A DNA stretch of 64,000 bases from positions 259 to 64,258 of the forward strand of contig JADHVZ010000007.1 in NCBI GenBank assembly GCA_016783745.1. The letters run 5' to 3'. The position numbers were made by a program, and so were the translations under genes. The notes beneath the pieces are model-generated. The model was not told where the DNA came from, did not search any database, and saw only the letters and a program-made list of their open reading frames with translations. Within the stretch, counting starts at the first letter, position 1, and the number at the start of each line of letters is the position of its first letter. This DNA is from Candidatus Omnitrophota bacterium. Its GTDB lineage: Bacteria > Omnitrophota > Gorgyraeia > JAHIPI01. Positions 8,905 to 17,725 of this stretch are shown piece by piece.

Positions 8905-10583
8905 CTTCAGATATATTTAATCGCCTCGGAAACGGCATAAAAGAAAATACCGTGATATTCGCGGCCGTTGTCTCAATTATTCTTCATATGGTGTTTTTTG
9001 TTTACTCGTCTATTGTGGTGCTGCCCGGTATCCGGAGTGAAATAGAAAGATCGAAAGCTATATTCAATATAAAAACTGTGGAGAAAAAACCTGTTGTCAA
9101 AAGAAAAAAGCCGCCTCAAAGCACAAAAACAACATATTTGCAAAAAATTAAATTTGAAAGTCCTGCCCTGCCCACCGGAGCATCATTGAGCGCCGCAGAT
9201 GAAAAAATCGAAAAAGACGGTTTCAGCAAAGAGGCGCAAAAAATCAGCAAGCCTGTATCCATAGAGCAGCTGAAGGATCTGGGGGACCTTGAAAAGGAAA
9301 AAAGGCGTGAACATCTGGCAAAAAAAGGCCAGCGTAAGACAAAAAAAGATATCGTTGAGGTAGATAGGGGCATATTAGACACCGCGGCGGGGCCTGAGGA
9401 CCTGCTTGAAGCCGACTTTTCTGAAGAATTTTTTGAGGAAATGCCCGGTTTCACCCCGAAGTCTGTCGGCGGGATCATGCAGGACCTAAAACGCGGCATA
9501 CTTTCCAGGTTTGGCATCAGCGAGACTTCACCGATCAGGAGAAAAGGCGCATTCTCCGGATTGGAAGAATATCTGGTGTATAATCTTGCCGCATACAGCG
9601 ACCCTGAAAACGGTAAGAAATATTACAAGATCACCATCCATGCGGGAAAGGATGTCGGCCGGCTGAAGCGGATGCCTAAAGAAATCGTATTCTTAATAGA
9701 TTGCTCTCTCAGTATACAAAAAGAACGGCTGGAAGAGTTTAAGGAAGGGCTGCTTTACGCCTTAAAAAATCTAAACCCCGATGACGTATTTAACATAATG
9801 GCATTTAAAGAGACCGTATCATGGTTCAGGGGTGATCCTGTAAAGCCGGATCCGGAGATCATTAAAGAAGCTATGGCTTTTGTCGAAGCCCTAAGCGCCG
9901 GTGAAGGCACTGATGCCTATAAAGCCCTTCTGGAAGCCATACAAAAGGAGGCCTCCATCACCCCCTCATACATCGTGATTTTCAGCGACGGGCGCCCTAC
10001 GTACGGTATAACGGATTCAAGAAAAATCATAAACAAGATCTCCATGACGAATAAAGGCGAAAGGCCCATCTTCGTTTTGAGCGGCGGGTTAAGAGTAAAC
10101 AGGTATTTTCTTGACTTTATTTCATATAAAAACAGGGGCTGGGCAGAATACGCTCAGCGTTCACATCAGGTTGCGGGACACATATCGAAGATGTATGAAA
10201 AAATAAAAGATCCCGTATTCCTGAACCTGAGATACAGGGTAAACGGTTTAAACGTAGACGAGATCTTCCCCAAGACACTACCCGATTTCTACCGGCACGC
10301 TGAATTTAATATTTACGGTGCCTATGAAGATGAGGATGAGTTTTCGCTTCAGTTGTTAGGGGACATAGAAAACGAAGTGAATGAGTTTATCGTAGTGGAC
10401 TCACTTAAAGGCGCCGCTCTAGGCGGGGAAAACATAGCCAGGGAGTGGGCGTTTAATAAGATATATCACCTGATAGGAATACTGGAACACGACAGCAATA
10501 ACAAGGAGATCATCGAAGAAATAAATACCCTTTGCGATAAATTCGGTATAAAAACCCCTTATTCTGACGAGATCAAAAAATAA
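8886..10583 (+). CDS. Membrane-anchored von Willebrand factor A (VWA) domain protein
   Basis: N-terminal TM, a Lys/Pro-rich linker (KKPVVKRKKPPQ), then a VWA domain with MIDAS DxSxS (IVFLIDCSLSI ... IVIFSDGRPTYG). Its start overlaps the TPR gene by 19 nt. Confidence 0.75.
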   Translation: MEIKRLASDIFNRLGNGIKENTVIFAAVVSIILHMVFFVYSSIVVLPGIRSEIERSKAIFNIKTVEKKPVVKRKKPPQSTKTTYLQKIKFESPALPTGASLSAADEKIEKDGFSKEAQKISKPVSIEQLKDLGDLEKEKRREHLAKKGQRKTKKDIVEVDRGILDTAAGPEDLLEADFSEEFFEEMPGFTPKSVGGIMQDLKRGILSRFGISETSPIRRKGAFSGLEEYLVYNLAAYSDPENGKKYYKITIHAGKDVGRLKRMPKEIVFLIDCSLSIQKERLEEFKEGLLYALKNLNPDDVFNIMAFKETVSWFRGDPVKPDPEIIKEAMAFVEALSAGEGTDAYKALLEAIQKEASITPSYIVIFSDGRPTYGITDSRKIINKISMTNKGERPIFVLSGGLRVNRYFLDFISYKNRGWAEYAQRSHQVAGHISKMYEKIKDPVFLNLRYRVNGLNVDEIFPKTLPDFYRHAEFNIYGAYEDEDEFSLQLLGDIENEVNEFIVVDSLKGAALGGENIAREWAFNKIYHLIGILEHDSNNKEIIEEINTLCDKFGIKTPYSDEIKK

Positions 10584-10636
10584 AAAATCCCGGGCATATC
10601 CTGCCGGGGATCTGATTCATGTATATAAAAACCTTA

Positions 10637-11092
10637 CTATACTTGCGCCATCTTCATCTGCTCTCTATTGCCTACAAATTCGAGTACCCTGCTTAAGTCT
10701 TCCTGTTCCGCAGCTCCGAATCTGAGGCCCGAGTCAGTGCCGCGCTTCCATACGATATTGCCCTGCATAAAAACAGATTGACGGTTGAACGGTAATTCGA
10801 CTTCGAGTGAGACAATGGTATTTATATCTATACTATTAAGGAAAAGCCGCACCCCGCCCCTGCTAATATCCTTTATCCATGATATGCCCTCCTCAGCTGG
10901 TGTCTTATATTTTGTTCTTAGCAGGGCCTGATAACGCGGGAATATTCTTTTCTCCTTTATAAAAAACTTTTTTTTCCTACTAAACAAACTGCTTGGACTC
11001 GGGAGGCTTTCTCTGTACCTCGATACCATCAAGGCTATTGCCAGAGAGAGTAATGTTAAACTCCCTATTAGCAAATGCATTTCAACGTCCAC
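10637..11092 (-). CDS. PilZ-domain (c-di-GMP-binding) protein with N-terminal TM segment
   Basis: RxxxR-like segment (FPRYQALLRTKY) and the D-x-S-x-x-G motif (DISRGGV) characteristic of PilZ. Confidence 0.6.
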   Translation of the reverse strand: MDVEMHLLIGSLTLLSLAIALMVSRYRESLPSPSSLFSRKKKFFIKEKRIFPRYQALLRTKYKTPAEEGISWIKDISRGGVRLFLNSIDINTIVSLEVELPFNRQSVFMQGNIVWKRGTDSGLRFGAAEQEDLSRVLEFVGNREQMKMAQV

Positions 11093-11299
11093 TTTGAGCC
11101 CCCCTTTTTAGCAAATAATGGACTAAATTATTTGATTCTTTTTTTTCGCGCTGATATTAAGAGTTTAGTTCTCTTAACGTCAAATTCATGATAACACAAA
11201 ACAAGCATTAAGTCAAATAAAATAATGTCTTTTTGAGTGTGAAAGTATTATAACTAACTTTCTTATATTCTAACTAAAAACTTAGCTTACTTTTTGAAT

Positions 11300-11614
11300 T
11301 TAGTCTTTTATCTCTACTTTAAGACCTCCGAACAGCGCCGCGAAAAAATTATATAAAAGCGCAAATATAGATAATCCAAGCGCCGCGCTTAAGCCGTAGA
11401 GAATACCAAAAACTATCCCCGCGAAAATACCCGGGCGTATCCTGGCCATAAACGGAAAAACGCGCGCGATCTCCAATGATACTATATCTATTCTAAATAT
11501 ACTTCCGAACAGGCCTATGACCAGCCCGATAAGCAAAAATGTGCCCCCAAAAAACCTGAATATACTTACAATGTCAACGCGTCTGACTTCAAGCATCTTT
11601 AACTCTTTCATCAT
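11300..11614 (-). CDS. Small hydrophobic membrane protein, function unknown
   Basis: 104 aa, three predicted TM helices, no recognisable motif. Confidence 0.35.
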   Translation of the reverse strand: MMKELKMLEVRRVDIVSIFRFFGGTFLLIGLVIGLFGSIFRIDIVSLEIARVFPFMARIRPGIFAGIVFGILYGLSAALGLSIFALLYNFFAALFGGLKVEIKD

Positions 11615-11635
11615 CGCCTCCTAAATAAAGTTATA

Positions 11636-12490
11636 TTATACTTTGCTATGTACGTCTTCTTCGGTCCGCTCTCTTTCAAGCGCCCTGATCAGCGGATACA
11701 ATTTCTCCCCGATGAAAAAAGGCCCCTTTGCCAACTCTTCCACTACATGCGCCAGCATCGCAGATGTCCTTGAAAGCAAAAATAGCCCGGTTCCATGCTC
11801 CTTTGTGAATCCAAGAGCAAGCAATATCGCGGAATTAATACCGTCTATATTCGGATATAACCCCTTTTCCTTTTTAGCGGTCTCAGCCACCACATCGTAT
11901 ATTTCAATAAACTCATTTGAATAATTTAAGTCTCTGAGCAGACCTCTAAGTTTTTCGGGTCTTGGATCCTTCTTAAAAAGCGGATGGCCGTATCCATAGA
12001 GCGTTTTCTTTTCGTCAAAAATGATCTTTGTGTATTTTTCGACATGTTCCCTGACCGGCATATCTTCTTTTCTCGAGTTTTTTATTTCACCATAGATCGC
12101 CATCGCGCTTTCAATAGCGCCTACATGATACTTCCCTCCACCGGCATAACCGGCGGATAGCGCATGAGCAACAGGTGTACCGGTTGTGGCTGAAAGGCGG
12201 GCTAATAGCACCGTAGGCGGGCTATACCCGAATCCTCCGTGAAAACTGACAAGAACCGCGTCAAATATTCTGCGCTCGGTCTCAGTCGGCCGCCTGCTCA
12301 GCAATATATGAAAGATGGCTTCGCTGAACGAAAAATCACCTATAAGATCGTTGATATCCTTTCCCCTGACGTATAATCTTTCTTTCAAGAGGTCCGGGCC
12401 GTCAATATCCGTAGTTTTATCATACCTCATATGCTGGATAAACCTCTTCAGCATCTTCCAAAATTTTATCTCCCTGCTTACTCCGATCAT
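11636..12490 (-). CDS. Short-form citrate synthase family protein (citryl-CoA lyase-like)
   Basis: LYGYGHPLFKKDPRPEKL matches the citrate synthase GFGHRVYKxxDPRA motif, and PNIDGINSAILLALGF matches PNVDFYSG. At 284 aa it corresponds to the C-terminal catalytic half only, as in citryl-CoA lyase. Confidence 0.55.
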   Translation of the reverse strand: MIGVSREIKFWKMLKRFIQHMRYDKTTDIDGPDLLKERLYVRGKDINDLIGDFSFSEAIFHILLSRRPTETERRIFDAVLVSFHGGFGYSPPTVLLARLSATTGTPVAHALSAGYAGGGKYHVGAIESAMAIYGEIKNSRKEDMPVREHVEKYTKIIFDEKKTLYGYGHPLFKKDPRPEKLRGLLRDLNYSNEFIEIYDVVAETAKKEKGLYPNIDGINSAILLALGFTKEHGTGLFLLSRTSAMLAHVVEELAKGPFFIGEKLYPLIRALERERTEEDVHSKV

Positions 12491-12528
12491 AACACCCTCC
12501 TCTATAAATAGGCTTACGTCAGGACATT

Positions 12529-13746
12529 CTACTGCGGGCTCCCCCTGCGTTTCAGCGTTTTTCTCCTATCTATCGCCTTGGCCCTTTTATGCTCGGCTTC
12601 ATAAACCACGATAATCTTTGATATTGAGCCGGTTTTTCTGCCAAGATCTTCAAAATATTCCTTTATATGAACTATCTCATGCTTGGATAGGGGCTTGATA
12701 CCGCACGGCCGTAAAGGCGTATTGATCTGTATCTCATCCGGCCTTATTTCAAACGCCAGTTCGGCAAGCTTTTTATACTCATCTTTATTCATCTCGGCGA
12801 ACATTATCTGAAGCGCAAGCTTAGTATCATGTTCGCTTCTAAATGCCTTTATCCCCTCCAGCAAATCACTAAGTCTTATACCATCCGCTGGGGCGTTTAT
12901 CTTCTCAAAACACTCCTGAGTCGCCGCATCCAGCTTGACCATTACCAGATCCGCTAAAGCCAGGTCATCCCTTACGGACTTATCCCGCATCAGAGATGAA
13001 TTTGTAATAACGGCTATCTTTTCTCTCCTTAATTCTCTTATTTTCCTGATGATCTCGCCGAAATTCCTTGCCAAAGTAGGTTCTCCCCTGCCGGAGAATG
13101 TTATGTGGTCTATAGACAAACCGGCGGGTAATGACTTGATCTCCTTGATGACTTTTTCAGTGGGAACATATACCTTTCTCTCTACTGTCTTAATAGGCGT
13201 ACTTCCTATCTGGCAATAAACGCAGTCAAAGACACATATCTTTTCCTCTTGAGAAAGCAGGTCTACCCCGAGAGAACTGCCAAGCCGCCAACTCGGCACC
13301 GGCCCGTAGATATAATCATAAAGGGGACGTTTCACTTGCTCGCAACCTCTTTCCGCGCAATAAGTTACGCTAGTACACTTTTGCTGATCTTTTACGCATG
13401 CCGGACAGGTAATAAACACGTATTTCAACATACCCGCCCCTGTATTCTTTACATCGTGAAGCGTGTCCGGCGGAACGTACAGCGCTGTGTCTTTCGCAAA
13501 CTCCTGGATCCGGACCTTTTCCGGAGTTCCTCCGGACGATTTTATATAAAGTTCACCTTTCCCCTCAAGGATTATAAGGATCTCCTCAAAATCGCCTGTA
13601 TTATGTTCTCCTATGCCCTCACCGGCCTTTAAGACTACATGCCCTGAGCGAAAAGAGGCGGCATTTCCTTCTTTAGCGCTGAAAAGCCGTTTATACTTCT
13701 CTTCCGAATCCAGTCCTATAATACCCGGACATAATCCATTCTTCAT
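12529..13746 (-). CDS. Cupin-domain / radical SAM fusion protein
   Basis: N-terminal cupin segment GHVVLKAGEGIGEHNTGDFEEILIILEGKGELYI. Central CxxxCxxC radical-SAM cluster motif CVFDCVYCQ preceded by GPVPSWRLGSSLG (COG0731-like Fe-S oxidoreductase). Confidence 0.65.
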   Translation of the reverse strand: MKNGLCPGIIGLDSEEKYKRLFSAKEGNAASFRSGHVVLKAGEGIGEHNTGDFEEILIILEGKGELYIKSSGGTPEKVRIQEFAKDTALYVPPDTLHDVKNTGAGMLKYVFITCPACVKDQQKCTSVTYCAERGCEQVKRPLYDYIYGPVPSWRLGSSLGVDLLSQEEKICVFDCVYCQIGSTPIKTVERKVYVPTEKVIKEIKSLPAGLSIDHITFSGRGEPTLARNFGEIIRKIRELRREKIAVITNSSLMRDKSVRDDLALADLVMVKLDAATQECFEKINAPADGIRLSDLLEGIKAFRSEHDTKLALQIMFAEMNKDEYKKLAELAFEIRPDEIQINTPLRPCGIKPLSKHEIVHIKEYFEDLGRKTGSISKIIVVYEAEHKRAKAIDRRKTLKRRGSPQ

Positions 13747-14708
13747 AAATACGTTCTTCCCTTCAAGAAACCCGCGTATTCCCTTACGCCGTCTTCCAAG
13801 CCATAGAATTCCTTTTTATATCCGGCGTTTCTCAACTTAGAGATCTCCGCTTCGGTAAAATACTGGTATTTAGCCTTCAAATTTTCGGGCATATCGAAAT
13901 ATTCGATAACAGGTTCCATGCCCAGGGCATTGAACAAGGCCTTTGCCAGATCATTCCAGGTCCGCGCCTTCCCTGTCCCAATATTGTAAATGCCCCCCTT
14001 ACCGCGATTTTCAAAAAAATAGTAAGTAGCTTCCACCGCGTCTTTGACATAAATAAAATCTCTCTTCTGGCCGCCGTTTTTATATTCGCTGTCATATGAT
14101 TTAAAGAGCCTTATCTTTTTATCCTTTACCGCTTTGTCAAAAGATTTCGCTATGACGCTCATCATGTCTTTTTTATGGTATTCGTTAGGGCCGAATACAT
14201 TAAAATATTTCAAGCCGACGATTTTATCCGCTATACCTTCATTTATGGCCCATAAGTCCACGGCCTGTTTTGAACGGCCGTAGGGATTCAGGGGCTTGAG
14301 CTTTAAGGTGACTTCATCGCCGTCGCTGAACCCAAAGGAACCGTCTCCGTAAGTAGCTCCGGAACTTGCGTAAATAAAACGGATATCATTTGATAGTGAA
14401 TATACGGCGAGTTTTTTAGAATATTCGACGTTATTCTTTACAAAATAAGCCTCATCCATGACTGTAGTCGATGAACAGGCCCCCAGATGGAATATAGCGT
14501 CCGCCTTTTTACCCAGCTTATTAGACGCTATGAGGGACAGTAATTTTTCCTTATCAAGAAGATCGTTGAATTTCTTACCTTTTAAATTCTTCTCTTTTTC
14601 AGGGGATACCGGTTCGTCAACGACTATTATGTCGCTTATCCCTTCTCTATTCAGCTTCCATAGAAGACAGCTGCCTATAAAACCGGCCCCGCCGGTCACT
14701 ATTACCAT
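13743..14708 (-). CDS. hldD: ADP-L-glycero-D-manno-heptose 6-epimerase
   Basis: Extended collinear similarity to E. coli HldD/RfaD: IVTGGAGFIGS, HLGACSSTT, YASSGATYG, PLNPYGRSK, YFNVFGPNE, KRDFIYVKD, NIGTG, YQYFTEA. Start is taken at the second ATG (14708), which has a GGAG RBS. Confidence 0.85.
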   Translation of the reverse strand: MVIVTGGAGFIGSCLLWKLNREGISDIIVVDEPVSPEKEKNLKGKKFNDLLDKEKLLSLIASNKLGKKADAIFHLGACSSTTVMDEAYFVKNNVEYSKKLAVYSLSNDIRFIYASSGATYGDGSFGFSDGDEVTLKLKPLNPYGRSKQAVDLWAINEGIADKIVGLKYFNVFGPNEYHKKDMMSVIAKSFDKAVKDKKIRLFKSYDSEYKNGGQKRDFIYVKDAVEATYYFFENRGKGGIYNIGTGKARTWNDLAKALFNALGMEPVIEYFDMPENLKAKYQYFTEAEISKLRNAGYKKEFYGLEDGVREYAGFLKGRTYL

Positions 14709-14724
14709 GTTCGACTCCATGAGG

Positions 14725-15651
14725 TTATTTTTTATCTAAATGTACTCTAGCTGATGTCAGTGCGACAGTAGCAATGATATCATCAACGCTGCAGCCCCTT
14801 GAGAGATCACTGCAAGGTGTCTTAAGGCCTACCAAAGTCGGGCCCATTGCCCTGGCATTTCCAAGGCGTTCTACCGCCTTATACGTTATATTCGCCGCAT
14901 CCAGGTTCGGAAAGATCAAAATATTGGCCTTTCCTTTCAATGGACTATCGGGCGCTTTGAACTTTTGAACATCCGGTATGATGGCCGCGTCAAATTGAAG
15001 CTCTCCGTCTACAAGAAGGTCCGGCCTTTTCTCTTTTATTATTGTCACGGCATTTTTGACTCTGTCTATAGATTCGCCCTCCGCGCTTCCCGACGTAGAA
15101 TATGTAAGAAGCGCGATCCTCGCGTCCAGCTTAAATAACGCGGTCAACAAATCCGCGCTTGATATCGCTATCCTGGATAACTGTCTTGATGAAGGCATAG
15201 GAATTACGGCGCAATCGGCAAAGGCAAAAAAACCGTTTTCCCCGTTAGGGCGATTTTCGGCCTCTATAAAAAACGCTCCGAATATCGCTCCTACGCTACG
15301 GTCTCTCCCCAGGCACTGCATGGCAGCTATTATCACATCCTTACTCGTATGGGCGGCGCCGGCCACGAAACTATCCGCTTCTCCAAGCCGCACCATCATC
15401 GCCGCGGCATATAAAGGATTATCTAAGGCCTTACCGGCAGCCTCAACCGTCATACCCTTATTTTTCTGAAGCTCATAGTATGCCTGCACCAGTTTTTTCT
15501 TATCTGCTTTCCCGGTAGAGATAAGATGGGCTATGCCTTCCTTTTCGATACGCCTCGCGGCTTCGGCAACCCTTTCATCCTCGATCTCAGGAAGCACGAT
15601 TCTTTTTGGATATTTCTTCGCTCTCTCTATTAAAGATTCTATTCTACCCAT
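14725..15651 (-). CDS. pta: Phosphate acetyl/butyryl-transferase (Pta/Ptb family, short form)
   Basis: 308 aa with the fold-typical layout: N-terminal IVLPEGEDERV-like segment (RIVLPEIEDERV) and C-terminal GPTLVGLKTPCSDLSRG. Confidence 0.7.
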   Translation of the reverse strand: MGRIESLIERAKKYPKRIVLPEIEDERVAEAARRIEKEGIAHLISTGKADKKKLVQAYYELQKNKGMTVEAAGKALDNPLYAAAMMVRLGEADSFVAGAAHTSKDVIIAAMQCLGRDRSVGAIFGAFFIEAENRPNGENGFFAFADCAVIPMPSSRQLSRIAISSADLLTALFKLDARIALLTYSTSGSAEGESIDRVKNAVTIIKEKRPDLLVDGELQFDAAIIPDVQKFKAPDSPLKGKANILIFPNLDAANITYKAVERLGNARAMGPTLVGLKTPCSDLSRGCSVDDIIATVALTSARVHLDKK

Positions 15652-16295
15652 ATATCTTTTTCAAACACGGATGAGATCGCTTGTTTTATATCATCCGGTT
15701 TTGCTTTTATGTTAGTCAAAAAATCCCGGTGGCCGCGCCCCATCCTATATGGCGGCTCCTTTTTGGGCATTTTTATATATTTCTCGATTCTTTCTATTGG
15801 AAAATCATAAAGTATTGTACCGTGGTGGAGTAAGTATTTTTTCCTGCGGGCCTGGGCGTTTCCTGAAAACTTCTTTCCATTAAAAGCGATATCGGAAAGC
15901 GGCTCAAATGTAGCCTTCACGCCTGATCCGCCCAGAGAGTCGCAGATATTATTTAAAATATATCCGTAAGATTTTCTTATATTCTTTAGCAGCGGATCAC
16001 GTTCATATGAAAGTATGAGCGAATAATTCAGGCAGCCCGGCCCCTGTAACACTGTGCCGCCTGCCGATATCCTTCTTAATATTTCAATATTATCCTTCCG
16101 GGCTTCTTTAGTATTTACACTTTCTTCGAGTTTTGAGATCCTGCCTAATACTATAAAAAATGTCTCCGGCTCCCAGAACCTTAAAACCTCGCCGGAAAAA
16201 TCAGCCTCGGCCGATTCAAGAAGGATCTGGTCATATGCTACGTTTTCAAGTGCATTAGGGAAAGATATGTCTTTGATCAACATGTGTAACTGCAA
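15639..16295 (-). CDS. Lipoate-protein ligase / octanoyltransferase family protein (BPL/LPL catalytic domain)
   Basis: 218-aa BPL_LplA_LipB-type catalytic domain with conserved core RRISAGGTVLQGPGCLNYSLIL. Located immediately downstream of gcvPB, consistent with a role in lipoylating GcvH. Confidence 0.6.
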   Translation of the reverse strand: MQLHMLIKDISFPNALENVAYDQILLESAEADFSGEVLRFWEPETFFIVLGRISKLEESVNTKEARKDNIEILRRISAGGTVLQGPGCLNYSLILSYERDPLLKNIRKSYGYILNNICDSLGGSGVKATFEPLSDIAFNGKKFSGNAQARRKKYLLHHGTILYDFPIERIEKYIKMPKKEPPYRMGRGHRDFLTNIKAKPDDIKQAISSVFEKDIWVE

Positions 16296-17725
16296 TTAAG
16301 TTCGCGTGCGGCCTTTGCCTCATCAAGCCTTGATACCGGCATTTCAGCAGGAGCGCTTTTTAAGGCCTCCGGATCGCTCTCAGCAAGCCCTGCCGCCTCA
16401 AGCATGATCTTTATAAATAAGTCGAGCGTCTCTTTTGATTCTGTCTCGGTCGGCTCTACCATCATCGCTTCCTTCACTATAAGCGGAAAATACACCGTGG
16501 GAGGATGTATTCCCTTGTCCATCAGAAATTTTGCTATGTCTAAAGCATGTACACCGTGCTTAAGCTGTTTTGAGGCGGAAAGCACAAACTCGTGCATGCA
16601 TATTCTATCATAAGGGAGGCTGTAAACGCCTTTAAGGCGCGCAAGGCAATAGTTAGCGTTTAAGACAGCGCCCTCGCCTACTTTTATCAATCCGTCTTTC
16701 CCTAAAAGAAGTGTATACGCGTATGCCTTAAGTATTACGCCGTAATTTCCGTAAAAAGGCGCTATCCTGCCGATCGATCTCGGCTTATTTTCGTCAAGCG
16801 CAAATGTGCCGTCTTTTTTCTTTACGACTTTCGGTACAGGTAAAAACTCCGCAAGTTTATTATTGACGCCTACAGGCCCGGCTCCCGGCCCTCCCCCTCC
16901 GTGAGGGGTGCTGAATGTCTTGTGTAAATTAAGATGCGCAACGTCAAACCCGATGTCCCCCGGGCGGCATTTTCCTATCATGCCGTTCAGATTGGCTCCG
17001 TCATAATACATGAGGGCGTCCACCTGATGAGCCAGATCCGCGACTTCTTGAATTTTTGTATTGAAGATCCCGAGCGTGTTCGGGCATGTAAGCATTACGG
17101 CGGCAACTTCATCCGTAAGTTTAGACTTATACACTTCCATATCCATACAGCCGTCATCTGCCGTAGGAATAGAAATAAGTTCATAACCGGCTATCGCGGC
17201 GCTGGCAGGGTTTGTCCCGTGTGAAGAATCAGGGACTATTACGTACTTTTTCTTATTTCCCTTGCTCTTATGGTAGGCGGCAATGAGCATTACTCCGGTG
17301 AGTTCGCCGTGCGCGCCGGCAAGCGGCTCAGTAGTCACCTCTTTCATGCCTGTGATCTCGGCAAGGATCTGCTCCAGGCCATACAAGACTTCCAACGCGC
17401 CCTGGACCAGGCTTGACGCGGAACCGATCTGCGGCATCAGCGGATGAAGTTCCGTAAACCCCGGAAGCCTTGCCACGTCCTCCGTAAACTTAGGATTATA
17501 TTTCATCGTGCAGGAACCGAGCGGGTAGTAGTTGGTATCTACGGAGTAATTCATCCGGGAAAGCCGGGTAAAATGCCTCACAAGATCAAGTTCGGATACT
17601 TCCGGTAAAAGCGCTGGTTCTTTTCTCAGATATTTCGAGTCCAGATCCGCGGCCCTCGGGACATCCGAGTCCGGCAACTTTATCCCTTTTCTTCCCTTTA
17701 CGCTCTTTTCGAATATTAATCTCAT
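16277..17725 (-). CDS. gcvPB: Glycine dehydrogenase (decarboxylating) subunit 2
   Basis: 482 aa, PLP-dependent, with a SxHKT-type lysine region (HLNLHKTFSTPHGGGGPG), typical of GcvPB. Confidence 0.9.
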   Translation of the reverse strand: MRLIFEKSVKGRKGIKLPDSDVPRAADLDSKYLRKEPALLPEVSELDLVRHFTRLSRMNYSVDTNYYPLGSCTMKYNPKFTEDVARLPGFTELHPLMPQIGSASSLVQGALEVLYGLEQILAEITGMKEVTTEPLAGAHGELTGVMLIAAYHKSKGNKKKYVIVPDSSHGTNPASAAIAGYELISIPTADDGCMDMEVYKSKLTDEVAAVMLTCPNTLGIFNTKIQEVADLAHQVDALMYYDGANLNGMIGKCRPGDIGFDVAHLNLHKTFSTPHGGGGPGAGPVGVNNKLAEFLPVPKVVKKKDGTFALDENKPRSIGRIAPFYGNYGVILKAYAYTLLLGKDGLIKVGEGAVLNANYCLARLKGVYSLPYDRICMHEFVLSASKQLKHGVHALDIAKFLMDKGIHPPTVYFPLIVKEAMMVEPTETESKETLDLFIKIMLEAAGLAESDPEALKSAPAEMPVSRLDEAKAARELNCSYTC

